NCBI GenBank assembly: GCA_965249355.1
Contig: CBDFLW010000004.1
Location: forward strand, 446,653 to 510,652
DNA length: 64,000 nucleotides
DNA from: Dehalococcoidia bacterium
GTDB taxonomy: Bacteria; Chloroflexota; Dehalococcoidia; Lucifugimonadales; UBA3495
Direction of reading: 5' to 3'
The position numbers were made by a program, and so were the translations under genes. The stretch's first letter is position 1. Each line of letters opens with the position of its first letter. The notes beneath the pieces were generated by a model that saw only the letters and a program-made list of their open reading frames with translations, was not told the DNA's origin and searched no databases. Shown piece after piece: positions 46,447 to 55,448 of the stretch.

Positions 46447-46480
46447 TTGTAAACACAAATCGCAGCATTTGTGTTTACAA
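46447..46480. promoter_or_regulatory. perfect 14-bp-arm palindrome upstream of the 250-aa gene (operator candidate)
   Basis: TTGTAAACACAAAT cgcagc ATTTGTGTTTACAA, AT-rich, 59-92 bp upstream of the start at 46388. Confidence 0.45.
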
Positions 46481-46556
46481 ATTAAATACAACTGATACAA
46501 TAGAAGCAACAGAAAAGCTCCCCGGCCGGTTTCCCCGAGATTGCGGACAGCGAGGT

Positions 46557-46985
46557 CTAGGAGTACGTCGACACCTTCCGACGTGGGGCGCATACCTGCC
46601 GGAGGCGTTGCGTCCCGTCCCGTGACTGACGCTGTACGATCTCTTGCACCGAAAGTTGCAGAAATATAGGCCCGCTGAGAACCGGTTCCACCACAAAGGG
46701 ACCGGGATCCCCAAGCCGCCGGTCCAGAGCGGGGTCACCCGGCCAGCGGCCGCCACGAAGGATCGCCCTGGCAGTCTGCAGGCAGCGCGGCGCCGGACTG
46801 GAAGTAACCTTGGTTGTCTTGCCCGTGGCGGACAGGGCTGCGCCAAGCCGTTCCGCCGCGGCGACTCCCGACGCAACAAGCGGCGTTGCATAGCCAAATG
46901 AGCCTTGGGGAATCCCCTCCCGTTCCGCGTGCCTCAAGACGAGAGCGATGTCGCTTTTCCGGGAGACGCAGGAAATTCGCTTCAC
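46557..46985 (-). CDS. histidine phosphatase (phosphoglycerate-mutase-like) family protein, short
   Basis: IALVLRHAERE (RHG-type motif) ...VTSSPAPRCLQTARAI. The C-terminal third looks non-canonical and may be frame-damaged. Confidence 0.55.
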   Translation of the reverse strand: MKRISCVSRKSDIALVLRHAEREGIPQGSFGYATPLVASGVAAAERLGAALSATGKTTKVTSSPAPRCLQTARAILRGGRWPGDPALDRRLGDPGPFVVEPVLSGPIFLQLSVQEIVQRQSRDGTQRLRQVCAPRRKVSTYS

Positions 46986-47004
46986 GATGTGGGGCGCCCG
47001 GCGC

Positions 47005-48701
47005 TCAAATCGCCCTCGCGCGGATGACGGAACTCACCGAGCCCGTGGGGTTTACGTCCAGCAGTTCGAATCCGGTCTCGGCCAATAGTTTCCTGAACTG
47101 CGCTTCGGTGCGCTCCGCGCCTTCGGTGACCACCAGCAAATGGAGGTCCAGCAGTCCGCCTGCGCCCGTCTCATCGTCCGGCGTCATCTCCACCACGTAG
47201 AGGAGGCTGCCCTTGGGCATAACCGCCCTTGAACGCCAGAGGATGCGCGCCGCGTCATGGTTCGGCCAGTCGTGCAACACCCTGGCCAATAAGACGGCTT
47301 CGCTTTCAACCGGCCACTCTCCGAAGATGTCTCCCGCAACAAAGCGGCAACGGTCCTTCAGTTCATCCGGCGTTTGCGCCGGGCTCACGACCTCCGGCCT
47401 GTCCATTACTGTTACTGTCGCGGTCAGGCCGGGATGAGCCCGGAGCAGTGCGAAGGTCAGTTCTCCGGTCCCACCGCCAGCGTCCAGGATATGCCCGTGG
47501 GCGCTGAAGTCCATCGCGTCGGTCAGGCATTGGTAATCGTGCCTGGCGTAAGCCGCAAAGGCCCTATGCGCGGCCCGCAACCTCTCCGGCTTTTCCTGTA
47601 GCCAGTCGAACAGGTTGCATCCGTACAGCTTACTGAAAGCGGACTGCCCCGTTCGCAAGGACAGTGCGGCATCGCCCCAAGCGGTGTAGGTTTCGCCGCC
47701 CCACAGGGAGGCTGCATCCGCCAACGAAAGCGGATGCGAAAGTTGCAGAAGGGAGCCCTTCCCGGTAGGGTGATAAACGTCCTTACTGTCGGGCCGGACG
47801 AGGTCCAACTCTGCCAGCGCCCGCATCAGCCTGGTTCCGGCCGACCGGGCGAGTTGCAGGCGGCCTTCAATTTTCTTAGCGGACGTCAGCAGGGCCTCGA
47901 ACACTCCCAGTTCTACAGCGGCCCGGATCGTTTGAGTCCTCCACACGCCCACCATATCGGCTGAAAGTTCCTCCAGGGGCGAACGCAGGGGTTTTCTCAG
48001 TTCCGTCAGTGTTTCGCCCGATTCGCCAATGACCAGCAGGAAACCGTCGAACCCTTCCGCTCGGGCTTGCCCGTTGTAGAACGGCTCGACGTTATGGAAG
48101 CGGGCCTTGTACAGTGTTCCCCGCACCGGTCTATATGATGCCAGCCTTGCCCGTCGCGGGCCCGGGCGTGGTTCTTGTGAAACACGTCCAAGTCCAGGAA
48201 CCATCTTCCGTGAAGCAGATTCCCGTCCGGGTCGATATGGGAATGCTTGCCGTCTTCCCTCTGGACGACGGCGAATCCGTCCTCGAAGTCCCCGGCATAG
48301 CGGTGGCGGTCTCCATAAGCTGCGCTGCCTTCCGCCGTCAGGTGGAAGTACCGGCCTTAGCAGTCCCGGACGGGGCAGCGACTTTCCTGGAAGTTGCCGC
48401 ACCAATCGTAGTTACCCGGGTAGAGGCGTTGTCCGGCCTGGAGGATATGGAACCACCCGTCCTGGGAATGCACTGCGGCCCGGCCTTCGTAGAATCCAAA
48501 GGTCTGCGGATAACGCTGCGGGTAGGCGGGCTGGCCGTCCGGCGCGATGTGGTAACCGCCGGAGGCGTCGAGCACTGGCGCAAGGCCAGGAGCGTGAAAC
48601 TTCAGCACCTCGAGGAACCGGGCGCTGTACGCCGGCCGGTCCTGAAAGACGTAGTGGGACCCGTCATTGGAGATACGGTAATCCTGCCACCGTCCCATCA
48701 T
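47005..48701 (-). pseudogene. WG-repeat domain fused to a class-I SAM-dependent O-methyltransferase; disrupted
   Basis: ATG at 48701 overlaps the upstream TGA (ATGA). WG-type repeats follow (GFYEGRAAVHSQDGWFHI, DFEDGFAVVQREDGKHSHIDPDG, FYNGQARAEGFDGFLLVI), then an OMT (AVELGVFEAL...ILDAGGGTGE...LARVLHDW). There is an in-frame TAA at 48357-48359 and a frameshift in the C4 run near 48115-48122. Confidence 0.7.
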
Positions 48702-49121
48702 ACCGCCGCTGGCCTCCGCATATTGCATCCCCTGCATAGGGCGTTGTCCAAGTAGCTGGCCTGAAGTTGCCGGTAGGCGGCGCCGTCCCAGATTTCGTAC
48801 AGGCTGCTGTGGTACAGGTCGCCGAAGTCGCCCAGGGTGCGGCGCAGGGCATCGGGGGCGCAGCAGGGATTGAACCTGCCGTCGGCGGCTACCCATGCTT
48901 CCTGTCCCAGGAACGGGCATTCCGCGCCTGCCGCTATCTCGTCCGCTCCCGCCGACGCATCCAGCTTGAAGATGTTTTCCAGCAGAACCTGCTTTCCGGA
49001 AGGCAGACGGCGCTGTTCAGCAGTCTGGTAAGCCTCTTCCACGACAGCATTCCAGCTTTCGATGGCGCCCGGGTCGCGGCGCATGGACTGATTGCGCATC
49101 TGATGGACGTGCGCCCACAGG
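48698..49121 (-). pseudogene. radical SAM enzyme, C-terminal SPASM-domain remnant, 5'-truncated by the IS21-family element
   Basis: ...AECPFLGQEAWVAADGRFNPCCAPD...LCRGCNM (Cx13Gx4C ... CxxC). There is no CxxxCxxC radical-SAM core, and the sequence ends against the IS end at 49122. Confidence 0.6.
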
Positions 49122-49230
49122 TGTAAACGGCGGAGTTATAGTGGGCCGCGTGGGCGGAAGATTGCTGAGTATCGGCGACTAAATACTGTACCGCCCGCCG
49201 TCATCCATAGGGTTGTAGCCGACCCCATGG

Positions 49231-50743
49231 ATGGTGCGATGGATGTACAGCGTGGACGTATATCTGCGGGTTCGCCGGGCGGTGATGGTGGAGGGGATGA
49301 GCATCCGGGAGCAGCCCGGGTTTCGGCCTGCACCGGGACACGGTGCGCAAGATGCTGGCCTACTCGGTGCCGCCGGGTTATCGCCGGACAGTCTCCGCCC
49401 AAGAGGCCCAAGCTGGAGCCCTTCACCGGCGTCATCGACCGGATCCTGGAGGACGACCTCAGGCGTCCCAGAGAAGCAGCGCCACACCGCCAAGCGTATC
49501 TTCGAGCGGCTGCGGGACGAGTACGGCTACGACGGCGGATACACCACGGTCAAGGACTATGTAAGAGAGCATCGCCGGCAGACCAGGGAGATGTTCGTCC
49601 CCCTGTCCCATCCGCCGGGCCACGCCCAGTGCGACTTCGGCGAGGCCGTGGTGGTCATCGGCGGAGTGGAGCGGAAGGCCCACTGTTTCGTCATCGACCT
49701 GCCCCACAGCGACGGCTGCTTCGTCAAGGCCTATCCCGGCGGAGACCACCGAGGCCTTCCTGGACGGGCACGTAGCAGCGTTCGCCTTCTTGGGCGGAGT
49801 GCCCCAGAGCATCCTCTACGACAATACCAGGCTGGCGGTGGCGAGGATACTGGGCGACGGCCGGCGCCAGCGCACCCGTGCCTTCACCGAGCTCCAGTCC
49901 CACTACCTGTTCGAGGACCGGTTCGGCCGCCCCGGCAAGGGCAATGACAAAGGCAAGGTGGAGGGCTTGGTGGGGTACGTACGCCGCAACTTTCTGGTGC
50001 CGGTGCCGACCTTCGAGAGCTTTGATGCGCTAAATGCCTACCTGGAACAACGATGCCTGGAGCGAATGGACGCCAAGCTCAGGGGCCATACGGAGACCAT
50101 CGGCCAGCGGATGGAGCGGGACCTGGACGCCCTGCTGCCGCTGCCGCCAGTAGCCTACGACGCCTGCGAGAAGCAGGCGGGCCGGGTGAGTTCCCTGTCG
50201 CTGGTAAGGTACAAGACCAACGACTACTCGGTGCCGGTGGCCTACGGATACCAGGACGTCCTGGTAAGCGGCTACGTGGATCAGGTGGTAATCAGCTGCG
50301 GGTCAGAGGTCATCGCCAGGCATCACCGATCATACGAACGCGACGACTTCGTCTACGACCCGATCCACTACCTGCCGCTCTTGGAGCGGAAGCCGGGCGC
50401 CCTGGATCAGGCCGCTCCGTTGCAGGGATGGACTTTGCCCGATGAGTTCGGGACGCTGCGGCGTCTGCTGGAGTCCCGCATGGGACGACGGGGCAAGCGG
50501 GAGTACGTGCAGGTGCTCAGGCTCTTGGAGACCTTCTCCCAGCAGGAGGTGGCTGCGGCGGCAAAGGACGCCCTCCGGCTGGGAGCCATCAGCTTCGACG
50601 CGGTGAAGCATCTGGTGCTGTGCCGGCTGGAGGGCCGGCCGCCCAGGCTGGATCTGGAACTCTATCCCTACCTGCCCCGGGTCCGGGTAAGCGCCACGTC
50701 CGCCGGGGACTACATGACTCTCCTGTCGGGGAGGGCGGCATGA
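49231..50743 (+). pseudogene. istA: IS21-family transposase IstA with about five frameshifts
   Basis: Pieces in three frames: MYSVDVYLRVRRAVMVEGMSIRE / FGLHRDTVRKMLAYSVPPGYRR / PKRPKLEPFTGVIDRILEDDL / KQRHTAKRIFERLRDEYGY...FVKAYP / AETTEAFLDGHVAAFAFLGGVPQSILYDN... Confidence 0.85.
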
Positions 50744-51522
50744 ACGACCGGCCGACCTTGCTGTTGGAACACCATCTGAAGGAACTGAAGCTGCCCAGCT
50801 TTCTCAGGGAATACGGGAAGATGGCCGCCCAGTGCGCCGCCGAGGGTGTGGACCATCCCCAGTACCTGCTGCGGCTGGCCGAGCTGGAACTCATCGACCG
50901 CCATCAGCGCATGGTGGAGCGGCGGATCCGGGCCGCCCGCTTCCCTGCCGTCAAAAGCCTGGACACCTTTGACTTTCCGGCCATCCCCTCGGTGAACAAG
51001 TCCCTGGTGCTGGAACTAGCCCGGTGTGAATACATCCAGCGCCGGGAGAACGTCATCGCCGTCGGCAACAGCGGCACCGGCAAGACCCACGTGGCCCTGG
51101 GACTGGGTTTGGCCGCCTGCCAGCGCGGACTCTTTGTGGGTTTCACGACTGCCGCTGGCCTGGTCCACGAGTTGATGGAGGCCCGAGACGAAAGGCGCCT
51201 GCTGAACTTACAGAGACAACTGTCACGGCTCAACCTGCTGATCATCGACGAGTTGGGCTTCGTACCCTTGTCCCGCACTGGCGCGGAACTGCTCTTCGAG
51301 GTCTTCAGCCAGCGCTACGAGCGGGGATCCACAATGGTGACCACCAACCTGCCCTTCGACGAGTGGACCGAGGTCTTCGGCTCGGAGCGCCTCACCGGAG
51401 CGCTGCTGGACCGGCTCACCCATCACGTCCACATCCTGGAGATGAACGGCGAGAGCTACCGGCTCAAGCGCAGCCGGGAGAACGCTTCCCCGCAGGCTTC
51501 AGAAGAATCCGACGAAGAATAG
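50740..51522 (+). CDS. istB: IS21-family helper ATPase IstB (intact)
   Basis: MNDRPTLLLEHHLKELKL...VGNSGTGKTHVALGLG...LLIIDELGF... Confidence 0.9.
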   Translation: MNDRPTLLLEHHLKELKLPSFLREYGKMAAQCAAEGVDHPQYLLRLAELELIDRHQRMVERRIRAARFPAVKSLDTFDFPAIPSVNKSLVLELARCEYIQRRENVIAVGNSGTGKTHVALGLGLAACQRGLFVGFTTAAGLVHELMEARDERRLLNLQRQLSRLNLLIIDELGFVPLSRTGAELLFEVFSQRYERGSTMVTTNLPFDEWTEVFGSERLTGALLDRLTHHVHILEMNGESYRLKRSRENASPQASEESDEE

Positions 51523-51769
51523 CTCACCCTGACGCTGTCTCCTCTCGCTCCCAGAACAGTGGCTACTCCACCTGCCTACGGCCCCCGGTCATCGGGCAGG
51601 TGGTACACGATTCCGGCGCCCCAGTGGCCCAATTTCTCGGCGCCATTGACATCTATCCCAATGAGCAGGCGCTCATCGACTTGGTGGCCACCGGGCGGGT
51701 GGAGAGACGCCGGGCGCTGGCCTACTCCACCCACGCCTGCACCATGGAGATCACCGAGAGGATAGACGA

Positions 51770-51808
51770 CATCATCACCGACACGCTTCCCGCGTGTCGG
51801 TGATGATG
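51770..51808. other. perfect 17-bp-stem hairpin
   Basis: catcatcaccgacacgc ttccc gcgtgtcggtgatgatg. Confidence 0.6.
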
Positions 51809-51976
51809 GCCGAGGCGGTGTTCCGGAGTGGCGAGAGGCGTCGGTGGCCAATAGGTTAAGGAAGGCATCGACATGCCTATCTGCTATCCCAGGTTGGTTC
51901 AGACCGGCCTCCACCAGACCGACTTCCCGACCCTCTGCTAGTTTGAAACAGATAGGCTCAGGATGGGCGGTGTCGT

Positions 51977-52046
51977 GCGCCATAGCCAACACACGTTAGG
52001 AACACCGCTGTTGGTATTCCCGGGTTGTGTTGGCTATTGCGCATGG
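51977..52046. repeat. inverted pair of an 18-20-bp motif upstream of the LRR gene
   Basis: gcgccatagccaacacac (51977-51994, reverse orientation) and gtgttggctattgcgcatgg (52027-52046). A third copy lies at 53338-53357. Confidence 0.75.
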
Positions 52047-52214
52047 GGCGCCTGCTCATCCCCGCGGAAGCCGACATACCGACACATATTTGGGAGTGGC
52101 GAAACAGGTGTCTCCTGACCCTATACACAGCATTGACGCCGATAGCACCTCCGCCATACCATCCGTATGAATCTGTGGATATATGGTGCCGGTCAAGACC
52201 GGGAGGGAAAGACA

Positions 52215-53279
52215 ATGACCCGTACACGCACGACAAGATACGTGACCCTGTTGAGCATTGTCCTTGCGCTGGCCCTTACGGCGGCGCTCGCGGCCTGCGG
52301 CTCTGATGAGCCGTCGGGCGTGACAGGCCCCGACCGGACCGCGTCTACTCCGGCTGCGACAGCGCCGCCCGCGGCCTCCGGCTCCGTCAAAACGGACCGG
52401 GAAGCCCTGGTTGCCCTCTACCACGCAACCGACGGTGAGAACTGGGAGGGAAGCGCCAACTGGCTGAGCGACGCTCCCCTCGGCCGATGGAAGGGCGTCA
52501 CCACCAACGTCGACGGGCGCATTACAAAGCTGGAACTCTTCTTCAACAACTTGAGCGGGAAGATACCGCCGGAGCTGGGCAGCCTCTCCAGCTTGACAGA
52601 GCTGGACCTCGGCGACATCGACTTGAGCGGGGAGATACCGCCGGAGCTGGGCAACCTCTCCAGCCTGGCAAAGCTGAGGCTCAGCGGCAGCGGCTTGAGC
52701 GGGGAGATACCGCCGGAGCTGGGCAGCCTCTCCAACCTGACAGAGCTGGACCTCTACGGCAACGACTTGAGCGGGGAGATACCGGCGGAGCTGGGCAGCC
52801 TCTCCAACCTGACAAGGCTGGACCTCTTGGCGAACGACTTGAGCGGGGAGATACCGCCGGAGCTTGGCAGCCTCTCCAGCCTGACATCGCTGAACCTCTA
52901 CGACAACGACTTGAGCGGGGAGATACCGGCGGAGCTGGGCAGCCTCTCCAACCTGACAGAGCTGTACCTCAACATCAACGCCTTGAGCGGAGAGATACCG
53001 CCGGAGCTGGGCAGCCTCTCCAACCTGACAGAGTTGAACCTCGGCGACAACGCCTTGAGCGGGGAGATACCGACGGAGCTGGGCAGCCTCTCCAACCTGA
53101 CATTTCTGAACCTCGGCGGCAACGCCTTGAGCGGGGAGACACCGGCGGAGCTGGGCAGCCTCTCCAACCTTGAATCCTTGTACCTCAGCGACACCGATCT
53201 GAGCGGGTGCGTGCCAGGCAGCCTGGAAGACCAGTTGAACCTTGCCTACTCTAACCTTGGCGACCTGCCCTACTGCTGA
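52215..53279 (+). CDS. leucine-rich-repeat lipoprotein with plant-type 24-residue LRRs
   Basis: GGGAGGG plus ATG at 52215. Lipobox LTAALAACG, an N-cap DREALVALYHATDGENWEGSANWLSDAPLGRWKGVTT, then nine full units of LSGEIPxELGSLSNLTxLxLxxNx (72-bp tandem repeats). Confidence 0.85.
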   Translation: MTRTRTTRYVTLLSIVLALALTAALAACGSDEPSGVTGPDRTASTPAATAPPAASGSVKTDREALVALYHATDGENWEGSANWLSDAPLGRWKGVTTNVDGRITKLELFFNNLSGKIPPELGSLSSLTELDLGDIDLSGEIPPELGNLSSLAKLRLSGSGLSGEIPPELGSLSNLTELDLYGNDLSGEIPAELGSLSNLTRLDLLANDLSGEIPPELGSLSSLTSLNLYDNDLSGEIPAELGSLSNLTELYLNINALSGEIPPELGSLSNLTELNLGDNALSGEIPTELGSLSNLTFLNLGGNALSGETPAELGSLSNLESLYLSDTDLSGCVPGSLEDQLNLAYSNLGDLPYC

Positions 53280-53337
53280 AGCCACGCGCTCTCAGCCGGG
53301 GACGGACGGCATATCGTCCGGAAGGCGCTCCCAGCGC

Positions 53338-53357
53338 GTGTTGGCTATGGCGCATGG
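53338..53357 (+). repeat. third copy of the 20-bp motif, immediately downstream of the LRR gene
   Basis: gtgttggctatggcgcatgg: 19/20 identical to 52027-52046, and a 16-nt exact reverse complement of 51977-51992. Confidence 0.75.
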
Positions 53358-53420
53358 CGTTGCCGAGAAACGGGGTATCAGCCTCTCCTTTCGTCGGCCT
53401 CCCGGCCGACGGCGGTTTGA

Positions 53421-53564
53421 CCGCTCTCCAACCGCCATGACGTGGACCTGTCCGTGTCCGCTCAGCTGAGGGCGCTCAAGGACTACGCCAAGGCCAGCGG
53501 CTACTCCATTGCCCGCGAGTATGTGGACGAAGCCCGCTGCGGACTGGCCAATGTGAGGCCCTGA
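53421..53564 (+). pseudogene. serine recombinase (resolvase/invertase family), N-terminal fragment
   Basis: PLSNRHDVDLSVSAQLRALKDYAKASGYSIAREYVDEARCGLANVRP* resembles the (R)VSSxxQ...S(L/V)xAQ...YAxxxG(Y)xIxxEYVDEAxSGxxxxRP N-terminus. A TGA lies directly upstream, there is no start, and the frame stops after RP. Confidence 0.55.
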
Positions 53565-54121
53565 GAGGTATCAATTGTCACGGTCCTCCAGCGCCCCAAC
53601 CTCCACCAGTTCGAAGAGCCCGGGGAAAGGCGTAGCCATCAAGGGCATCATATCCTGCAAGCGGGCTCGCTTCACTTGGCAGGATTGACAGGCGCAGCCT
53701 TCGGCGTGGGGCGTGAGAGGGTCGTCGAGGCTGGAGATAACCTCGAAAGATGCCTTGTCCTCTCTGGCGACATAGCTTTCGGCATAGCAGCCGCAGGGCG
53801 GACGCTGTCGACCATGGCAGCCTCCTGCACCTCTTTGTCACGGTGTTCGGGAATTCTCTTGTGGTACACGATTAGTGCATCCACCTGGAGTAGAATCGCC
53901 ATTTGGTCGATCGGTCCAACACAGGTGGCTGGGATCACTAAGAATCCCCAAAATACAGCTTCCGGCCTTGCTCTTATAATGCATTATAATTACCCTTATC
54001 GTGCGCATCAATCGACCATCCGGAGGACCTCCTGAGACCCGTTTCCCAAGGAACGCTCGCCCGGACGGCCGGTCGCCGTGAGCCCTTAAGCGAGGTCTCC
54101 GAGCACTCCGCAGGAGCGGAC

Positions 54122-54619
54122 ATGGAAGTCTACGAACTGGAACCGTCCGAGCCGAGAAAGGGTATTTCGCGGCATCTTACCGTGGAAGGTGCCCTGCCCA
54201 TTTGTGAGCAATGCAATTCGGGCGGGCAGAGAGGGCCGGTGCAAATTTCCGTCGACGTCGACGGATCGGCCGGGTTCAGGGTCACCATGGTATGGGTCCA
54301 CAAGCCCTTTGGAGAGCCGGACTGTCGAGACGTGTACATCTGCGATGAATGCTTTTGGGCAATTCAGCAAGAAGCCTATGGCGGGATAGAGCCCTGGTTT
54401 GTAGGCTGGATGGCTTATGCTATCGACCCGGAATGTCGGCAGTGCCAGGAGGTCGCGCAAAGACCTAGGCGACCAAGACATCACATGAAAGGGAGACCGT
54501 TCCCCGGGCAACTCCGCCATCCATTCCAGCACTTGCGCTTATCTGGCATTTCCGCAAGTAGTTGCCCCCAACCACCGCTCCCCAGCCTTGAGGAAACCCG
54601 TGAGAATCCGATAGACTAG
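54122..54619 (+). CDS. hypothetical Cys-rich protein upstream of the integrase
   Basis: 165-aa ORF with CEQC, CDEC and CRQC pairs (zinc-ribbon-like). A minus-strand ORF overlaps it, so the call is weak. Confidence 0.35.
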   Translation: MEVYELEPSEPRKGISRHLTVEGALPICEQCNSGGQRGPVQISVDVDGSAGFRVTMVWVHKPFGEPDCRDVYICDECFWAIQQEAYGGIEPWFVGWMAYAIDPECRQCQEVAQRPRRPRHHMKGRPFPGQLRHPFQHLRLSGISASSCPQPPLPSLEETRENPID

Positions 54620-54646
54620 CCCTGGTGGCTTCCATTTCCCACTGAA

Positions 54647-55210
54647 TTGGCGGTAGGGATGGCGCGAAAGCCCCAGAAGCTCCCCGACTACTTCACCCCT
54701 GACGAAGCGGGGGCGCTGGTGGACGCCGCCCGTAGCTACCCCACTTGCATGGCCTTCAGGATCATGCTCAGGACAGGGCTCAGGGTTTCGGAGGCCCTGT
54801 CCCTTAGCCGGGCCGATCTGCGGCTTGGCCAGGAGCGCCCGGTGATCAGTGTCCGAGCGGATGCCCCGGGCAACAAGTCCCGCAAGGGCCGGGAGGTACC
54901 GGTTCCTTCTGACTTGCTTGAAAGTCTGGGAGACTTGGCGTCTTTTCATTCTAAGGACCGGCACCAGCCCATGCTGGACATATCCCGGCAGTGGGTCGGA
55001 GAGGCGATGAAGAGGGCAGCCCTGAAGGTAGGCATAGACCCGGCGCGCGCTCACCCACACGCCTTCCGCCACACATACGGGCGGAACTGCGTCCTACGCG
55101 GCGTCCCCATCCCGGTACTCAAGCAGTGGCTGGGGCACCAGTCCTTGTCGGACACCCAAAGATACGTGGAATTGGCGGGGACGCACCACCAGTGGGTCAG
55201 CAGGCTGTAA
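54647..55210 (+). CDS. tyrosine recombinase/integrase, short (catalytic-domain-only)
   Basis: RTGLRVSEAL (Arg I), HAFRHTYG (HxxR), LGHQSLSDTQRYV (His, Tyr). TTG at 54647, or ATG at 54659. Confidence 0.85.
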   Translation: MAVGMARKPQKLPDYFTPDEAGALVDAARSYPTCMAFRIMLRTGLRVSEALSLSRADLRLGQERPVISVRADAPGNKSRKGREVPVPSDLLESLGDLASFHSKDRHQPMLDISRQWVGEAMKRAALKVGIDPARAHPHAFRHTYGRNCVLRGVPIPVLKQWLGHQSLSDTQRYVELAGTHHQWVSRL

Positions 55211-55448
55211 GACCAACCTGCACTCTCCGGGGGAAACCGCTCAGAAGACAGAAAAGCTCGGCACCTGGCCGAGCCTTCTCAGTACCGGTCTCACTTTGCT
55301 CAACAGAACAAGGTTAATTTCCCGTCTTGAACGCTGTTTCCAGATAGGCGATGGAGGCTTCCATCGTTTCATCTCACGATGAACCTGGACATCAATGTTG
55401 GCAAAACGGCCATCCGAGGCCATTCTCAGCTATGAAAACAAAGAAAAG

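Larger units (their letters stand above)
49122..51651 (+). mobile_element. IS21-family insertion sequence (2,530 bp)
   Basis: Ends TGTAAACGGCGGAGTTATAGTGGGCCGCGTGGG (49122-) and the reverse complement of ...ccagtggcccaatttctcggcgccattgaca (-51651), which reads TGTCAATGGCGCCGAGAAATTGGGCCACTGG. Contains the istA/istB pair with an ATGA overlap. No flanking direct repeat. Confidence 0.8.

Noticed and set aside
52056-53285. 409-aa minus-strand ORF opposite the LRR gene.
   Set aside because: It is an antisense shadow of the 72-bp repeats. The plus strand has the RBS, lipobox and canonical LRR consensus.
53578-53938. Overlapping minus-strand ORFs (87 and 88 aa), with a third frame reading ..CGCYAESYVAREDKASFEVISSLDDPLTPHAEGCACQSCQ..
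   Set aside because: The sense-looking stretches switch frame and I recognise no family. They are probably decayed cargo and are left unannotated.
54086-54532. 148-aa minus-strand ORF overlapping the Cys-rich plus-strand ORF.
   Set aside because: The plus-strand reading has paired CxxC motifs and is co-oriented with the integrase. Neither reading is strongly supported, so only the plus-strand ORF is listed, at low confidence.
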